Shown: piece after piece, positions 59,314-64,000 of the stretch | Layout: the number at the start of each line of letters is the position of its first letter | Numbering within the stretch: position 1 is the stretch's first letter | Assembly (NCBI GenBank): GCA_038890615.1 | Contig: JAWAFI010000001.1 | Location: 304,843 to 368,842 of the forward strand | From: Candidatus Anstonellales archaeon | Lineage (GTDB): Archaea; Micrarchaeota; Micrarchaeia; Anstonellales; J096 | Reading direction: 5' to 3' | DNA length: 64,000 bases | Program-made: the position numbers and the translations under genes | The notes under the pieces: generated by a model | What the model saw: only the letters and a program-made list of their open reading frames with translations | Database searches by the model: none | What the model was told of the DNA's origin: nothing

Positions 59314-59320
59314 TTTATCC

Positions 59321-59363
59321 CGGTTCAAGTCTGTTCAACCCTGTTCATGCTCATATTTAAATA
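59321..59363 (+). promoter_or_regulatory. Three GTTCA direct repeats at 10-bp period directly upstream of TATA TTTAAATA
   Basis: cgGTTCAagt ctGTTCAacc ctGTTCAtgc, then TATA at 59356-59363. Confidence 0.7.
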
Positions 59364-59394
59364 CCATTCAGAATGATGGTTGCTGGTGATGCAT

Positions 59395-60171
59395 ATGGAA
59401 GCAAAAACAATGTTTTTGGGTTTGCTCCTGCTTGGTTTTTTCACAGCAGGGCTAAGCGCCCAAGGCCCTTATGGGCAGGGAGCATGCGCACAGGTAATTA
59501 CATATGCTGAGAACCCCTCAACAGGGGGGGTTGAGGCATTCCCAACGCCTTGCGATGTGCCAAAAGGATGGAAAACAGTTTCAGGCCCTAAGGGCAGCTT
59601 AGGGGATGGCCAGAAAAATCAAGGAAGTGCAGGGGGAGGGCAGGGCAATGGCCTGCAAGGTCAGGATGGTACGAGCAATGGCGCAAGCTCTGATTTCATA
59701 AGGGTTTTTGTATACGATGCCGGCAACCCTGTTAACGCTATTGGAGTGCTGCTTAAGGATGGCATAGTAGTTGATGCAACCATGGGCCACAGGCTGAATC
59801 TCAAAGGCGAAGGCGAATACACCCTTATGGTTATAGCTGTTGGTTATCCTATAAAAACCCTTGATGTTTCAGCAGGCGACTACACTATAGACCTTTCAAG
59901 CAACACAATACAATCAGCCGAAGCAGGCTCAATGCAGGTGTGTGCCAACACAGGCCCCCAGATGAGCGCAGAGCAGGCAAAGAACAGGGTTAGGTCAAAG
60001 TTTGGCGAATTAAAAGATATAGTTGGGCAGGTGCGCCTAGAATTCAAGGACTGCAAAGCGCTCTACAAGATGAAGGTAAGGAAGCAGATGAGGCTTTTTG
60101 GAGTGCTCCCTATTCCATTTGATGAAGAATTGGAGGTGGCAGTGGATGCACAGACAGGTGAGGTAAGCTAA
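59395..60171 (+). CDS. Secreted protein with a small disulfide domain and a PepSY-like C-terminus
   Basis: SD GGTGA, signal peptide, CAQVITYA..P.TG...FPTPCDVP.GW, Gly-rich linker, C-terminal VDAQTGEV. Confidence 0.7.
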   Translation: MEAKTMFLGLLLLGFFTAGLSAQGPYGQGACAQVITYAENPSTGGVEAFPTPCDVPKGWKTVSGPKGSLGDGQKNQGSAGGGQGNGLQGQDGTSNGASSDFIRVFVYDAGNPVNAIGVLLKDGIVVDATMGHRLNLKGEGEYTLMVIAVGYPIKTLDVSAGDYTIDLSSNTIQSAEAGSMQVCANTGPQMSAEQAKNRVRSKFGELKDIVGQVRLEFKDCKALYKMKVRKQMRLFGVLPIPFDEELEVAVDAQTGEVS

Positions 60172-60174
60172 CTT

Positions 60175-61323
60175 TTAATTTCCTAATTTTTCAGCTGCCT
60201 TCTTGAATTCTGCTGAGCTCCTGTAAACATCCCTATTCCCCATCAGTATCTTAAGCCCATTTTTTATAAGCTCAATAGGCTCCTTCATATAGCTGTCCTT
60301 TGTTTTTTCTATTTCCTTTACGATATACCAAAGCTTTGTGCTCTCGATAATTTCGCATGCTTCAGCAACCCTCTGGAGCGCCATGGATGAATTTCCATTG
60401 GATAAATAGTAAAGGGCTGAGATAACTTTCTTCTTTGCATATTCTTCAGTTCCCTTGTACTTGAGGCTGTCTCTAATTTGCTCTAGCTCCTCCTTTGAAC
60501 TAGGATCTTCTTTCCTTATCTTCTTTTCCACTTCCTTAAGCATATCTATATGCTTCTTATCCCTTTCCCAAAGCGATAGCAAAGCGTACCTCTGTGCCTT
60601 GCTCTTGCCCTCAAATAGCAGGAGCACCTCCTTGAGCATCACATCCCTAACTTGCCTAAGCCCGTATTCCCTGAGCTTGTTGTATGCCATTATGCCGCTG
60701 CTTTCCTTGTCCCTCCAATTGCCAAACCTGTTCCTAAATGCCACTATCTTGGAGCAAGCTGCAGCTATAAGGGCGCGCTTCCTGAAAATAGAGATGGTTC
60801 CATCCTTCATCTCATCAAGGTATTTGTACACCTCTTCAAGCTTTTCATTGGCCAGCTGCTTGCTCAATGACCTTGCAAGCGTTGTGTTTTCAAGAATGAA
60901 ATCAATATCTCTTTTCACTGCTTCGATCTCTTTGCTTCCCATAGATTCCCCATTTTCAGCAAGCTGCGCATTTATTTTCTCAGCGATCTTAAGGACCTTG
61001 TCCCGCTTCTTAAACTCTTTGATGTAATTTTCCCCAATGTGCTTTAGCATCCTCACCCCTTTTGCTATGCTGACAACGGCTTTCTTCTCCTCCTCCCATT
61101 CCTTGAATTTTATCTCCACCATGCCCCCAAAGAAGCGCATCTTCATGTCTTCTGGGTGTTTGGTTATTACTGACTGCCCGTTTTCATCCTTGCCTACTAT
61201 ATCCCTTCCGCTTAGTTTTGCCAGCTTGGAGGAAGGGTTTTCTTCAAGAAGCACGCTTTTCCTGAACTCATTCCTTAATTTTGCGAGCTCCCCCTCAAGG
61301 AGCTTTGAGGCCTTGCTCTTCAT
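60175..61323 (-). CDS. Hypothetical helical/coiled-coil protein
   Basis: 382-aa E/K-rich ORF. Confidence 0.65.
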   Translation of the reverse strand: MKSKASKLLEGELAKLRNEFRKSVLLEENPSSKLAKLSGRDIVGKDENGQSVITKHPEDMKMRFFGGMVEIKFKEWEEEKKAVVSIAKGVRMLKHIGENYIKEFKKRDKVLKIAEKINAQLAENGESMGSKEIEAVKRDIDFILENTTLARSLSKQLANEKLEEVYKYLDEMKDGTISIFRKRALIAAACSKIVAFRNRFGNWRDKESSGIMAYNKLREYGLRQVRDVMLKEVLLLFEGKSKAQRYALLSLWERDKKHIDMLKEVEKKIRKEDPSSKEELEQIRDSLKYKGTEEYAKKKVISALYYLSNGNSSMALQRVAEACEIIESTKLWYIVKEIEKTKDSYMKEPIELIKNGLKILMGNRDVYRSSAEFKKAAEKLGN

Positions 61324-61358
61324 GCATATCTATTCCTTTTCTCCTTTTAATACCCTTT

Positions 61359-62360
61359 CTATTTTATTGGAACGCCCTTGAGGTAAGTCCTTTTTGGAAC
61401 ATCGTACTCAACACCAATTATTTTGCCTTCAGGGTTGAGGATGTAATGGGTCCTTTCTGTCACATCCTGCGGGGCAAAAACAGTGCATTCCAGCTCCTTT
61501 GAAATCAGATGGCCGATCCCTCCAATGTTCATCCCCCCTGTTGAGCACGAAAGAAGCACAACAGTTGGGTTGTCCACGAAGAATTTCTTGAGCTTGGCTA
61601 TCTCTTCCTTGTCGCTCAAGTCAATCATACCCATTTCATTCTTATCGCCAAGGGTTATGTTGGTCGGCTCCCCATGGCCTGCCAATATGAGCGTATCTAT
61701 CTTTCCGTACATATTTGAGAAATATACAATGTTTGAGTATAGCTTCTCCTCTTTCTCTACTTCAAATAAGATGACATTGTAGTATTTAGCCAATCTTTCA
61801 AGCTCAGCCCCTTCTTTGTAAAAAGCCCCTATATAATCGCTTTTGTTGAAAGCCACAAGGAGCAAGGGCTTTTTGCTTGCCTTTTTAAGATTTGAGTATA
61901 CCTTTTCAAGAAGATTTTTTGTATACCTCCCAAAGTTTTCTATTCCTAATTCCCTGTAAAGCGTAAATGTATTTTCAATCCCTATTGCATTTATAGCATA
62001 GGCAAAGTTGAGCACTGTTATGGGCTTGGGCTTTTTTATGCCGCTGTCCTTGAGCATCTTCTCTGCTTTGAGGTAAACTTCTTTGTTTATGGAAAGCAGC
62101 ACTTCCACATCCGGGTTGAATTGAAGCATAGAAGTAAAGCACAGCATATCACTGAAATTTGCCCCCCTATTTTTTATAACTCTTATGAGTTCTAAGAACC
62201 TGTCAAGCACCTTTTCTTCAACTAGATTCTTTCTTAAATAAGGGTTGCTTATCAGCGAATCCATCACCCAACCAGCATCAAGGCCCTTTTCTTCTGCTTT
62301 CTTGATTAGCAGTTCAAGCCCTTCCTGCTGCTTTTTTTTGTCAGCTTCCTTAAGAGGCAT
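61359..62360 (-). CDS. Putative caspase/CHAT-fold cysteine protease
   Basis: hhhAGHG ... hhhLSCSTG His-Cys dyad spacing. Confidence 0.65.
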   Translation of the reverse strand: MPLKEADKKKQQEGLELLIKKAEEKGLDAGWVMDSLISNPYLRKNLVEEKVLDRFLELIRVIKNRGANFSDMLCFTSMLQFNPDVEVLLSINKEVYLKAEKMLKDSGIKKPKPITVLNFAYAINAIGIENTFTLYRELGIENFGRYTKNLLEKVYSNLKKASKKPLLLVAFNKSDYIGAFYKEGAELERLAKYYNVILFEVEKEEKLYSNIVYFSNMYGKIDTLILAGHGEPTNITLGDKNEMGMIDLSDKEEIAKLKKFFVDNPTVVLLSCSTGGMNIGGIGHLISKELECTVFAPQDVTERTHYILNPEGKIIGVEYDVPKRTYLKGVPIK

Positions 62361-62410
62361 AAAGGAAATTCGCTCACAACCTTTTTAATCTTAATCTATA
62401 GAGCTACTTA

Positions 62411-63094
62411 TCAAATATAAGCTGGCAGGTTGTAAAAGAGAGATATAAGCACAATCAAGGAGTATTGGATTGCATAAGAGGACAGGGGATACCTACCCAT
62501 CAAAGAAATTATCGGAGCCTTAACGCTGCTTTTCTCAAGCTGTTTTGTTGCAAATGCAGCAATTGGAGTGCAGAGCGAGGTATAATTGTATGGTGCAGGC
62601 AGGAGCAAGGCAGCAGGCAAGAAAACCAGCGAAACCCAAGGGCTGCTGCCTTTTCTTATAAGCATGCCAAGAGCAGCCTGCGAGAAGACAAGAGGTAGCG
62701 GGTAATCAAAAAAATAAGAGGTTGGATCAAGAGGGTAAAGGAAAACTGCTGGAAGAAGCAGCGCAAGCGCCTCTCCAAACAAAATGCACAGAGCATAAAC
62801 AGCAAGGAAGCTTGCAAGTATCTCCACCTTCCTCATTATTGGCAAATAAAAGAAGTTAACAAAAAACGCAACAAGCAAAATATCCACTGCCCTAACCATA
62901 AGCCTTTCCCTGCCCCTCCCAACAAGGAAATAACCTATAAGCACTGCGAATATTGGCTCTGCCAACCTTGTTAAAATCCTCAGATTGCTTGTCTCAACTG
63001 GCTGGAACAGCACTATCGCAAGGAAGTGGTCAAGCACCATCAGCGATATGGCTATGCCGCGAAGGGTATCAAGGCCTTCCTTTCTTTCCATCAC
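62411..63094 (-). CDS. TraX/acyltransferase-like membrane protein
   Basis: D.LRGIA...M..DH, R.A.P.F, multiple TM helices. Confidence 0.65.
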   Translation of the reverse strand: MMERKEGLDTLRGIAISLMVLDHFLAIVLFQPVETSNLRILTRLAEPIFAVLIGYFLVGRGRERLMVRAVDILLVAFFVNFFYLPIMRKVEILASFLAVYALCILFGEALALLLPAVFLYPLDPTSYFFDYPLPLVFSQAALGMLIRKGSSPWVSLVFLPAALLLPAPYNYTSLCTPIAAFATKQLEKSSVKAPIISLMGRYPLSSYAIQYSLIVLISLFYNLPAYI

Positions 63095-63138
63095 TAACCT
63101 ATGCGCATCATTATTAAGATTTGCTGTTATTTATCATA

Positions 63139-64000
63139 ATGGAATTTAAGGATTTGATAAAGAAAGGCACGCTACTCTTATCCATAGAGAGGGCAGGCTT
63201 CAGGAAGCCAACAGAGATACAAGAAAAGGCAATACCGCCTCTCCTTGAAGGCCAGGATGTGATAGGAAAGGCAAGGACCGGCACAGGAAAGACAGGCGCG
63301 TTTGCGCTGAGCATGCTAAGCAGCATAAAGCCCTATCTTTATGGGCTTATAGTAGTGCCTACAAGGGAGCTATGCTTGCAGATAGTTGATGAGTTCAAGA
63401 AGCTTGGAAGGAATGAAAGGTTCAGCATAGTTGCGGTATACGGAGGGGTTTCAATAGGAAGGCAGGCTGACCAGCTTAAGCACGCCAGCATAGTTGTAGC
63501 CACGCCTGGAAGGCTGCTTGATCATATAGGCAGGGGCAACATAGACCTATCAAAGATAAGCTTCTTAGTATTGGATGAGGCAGACAGGATGCTGGACATG
63601 GGCTTCATAGACGACATAAGGGAAATACTTAGACATCTTCCTGAAGACAGGCAATCTGCGCTTTTCTCAGCAACTCTACCTCCTGAGATAATAAGGCTTT
63701 CGCAGGACTTTATGCGCGACCCAATAACAATTGATGCAATAGGGGACAAGCACACAGTAGAAACCTTGGCGCAATACTATGTCCATGTGCCCCAGAACAG
63801 GAAGGTGTCTGCGCTTGCAGAGCTACTCCGCACAAGGAAATACGATGCTGCGCTTGTATTTACCAGGACAAAACGCACTGCTGATTTCCTTTTTCGCATT
63901 TTGTCAAAGGAGTTTAAGGCCTCAAAGCTTCATGGGGATATGAGCCAGAAAAACAGGGAGAGCTCAATCACGAGCATGCGCAAGGGCCATTCACAAGTGC
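63139..64000 (+). CDS. DEAD-box RNA helicase (partial, runs off the window)
   Basis: Q motif PTEIQ, ARTGTGKT, PTREL, TPGRLLD, LDEADRMLDMGF, SAT; absent from the ORF track because there is no stop in the window. Confidence 0.95.
   Translation, partial: MEFKDLIKKGTLLLSIERAGFRKPTEIQEKAIPPLLEGQDVIGKARTGTGKTGAFALSMLSSIKPYLYGLIVVPTRELCLQIVDEFKKLGRNERFSIVAVYGGVSIGRQADQLKHASIVVATPGRLLDHIGRGNIDLSKISFLVLDEADRMLDMGFIDDIREILRHLPEDRQSALFSATLPPEIIRLSQDFMRDPITIDAIGDKHTVETLAQYYVHVPQNRKVSALAELLRTRKYDAALVFTRTKRTADFLFRILSKEFKASKLHGDMSQKNRESSITSMRKGHSQV

Overview
Archaeal genomic DNA: gene-dense, with TATA-box promoters, many apparently leaderless genes, and archaeal aIF2-gamma, SRP54, RadA, PriS/PriL and proteasome alpha. 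It is most likely from a DPANN/Micrarchaeota-like lineage; this is inferred from a three-unit epsilon2-type tRNA splicing endonuclease and several trimmed proteins. The window opens with the 5' part of a giant (>2800 aa) LamG/Ig-repeat surface protein that the ORF track misses, followed by more surface-protein genes. Most of the rest is housekeeping (pheS/pheT, trpS, radA, endA, trm56, primase, psmA, srp54, rnhB, aIF2g, rps6e, rfcL, hef, kbl/tdh, thiolase/HMG-CoA synthase, DEAD-box helicase) plus four tRNAs, one with an intron. Interspersed orphans include transglutaminase-like, CheD/NTAN1-like deamidase, ankyrin, caspase-fold and receiver-domain proteins. The most striking unexplained signal is at ~16.5 kb. 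There the strand composition flips abruptly from G/T-rich to C/A-rich at a perfect 16-bp palindrome, TGTATCTATAGATACA. The palindrome recurs at 15.68 and 21.59 kb and abuts the TATA box of a stand-alone Cas2-like gene that has no CRISPR array or other cas gene nearby. This is a candidate replication-origin, terminus or partition module. Two small genes missed by the ORF track were also found: rpl41e and an 11-aa Lys-rich ORF with a strong SD. All family calls come from motif recognition, not database searches.
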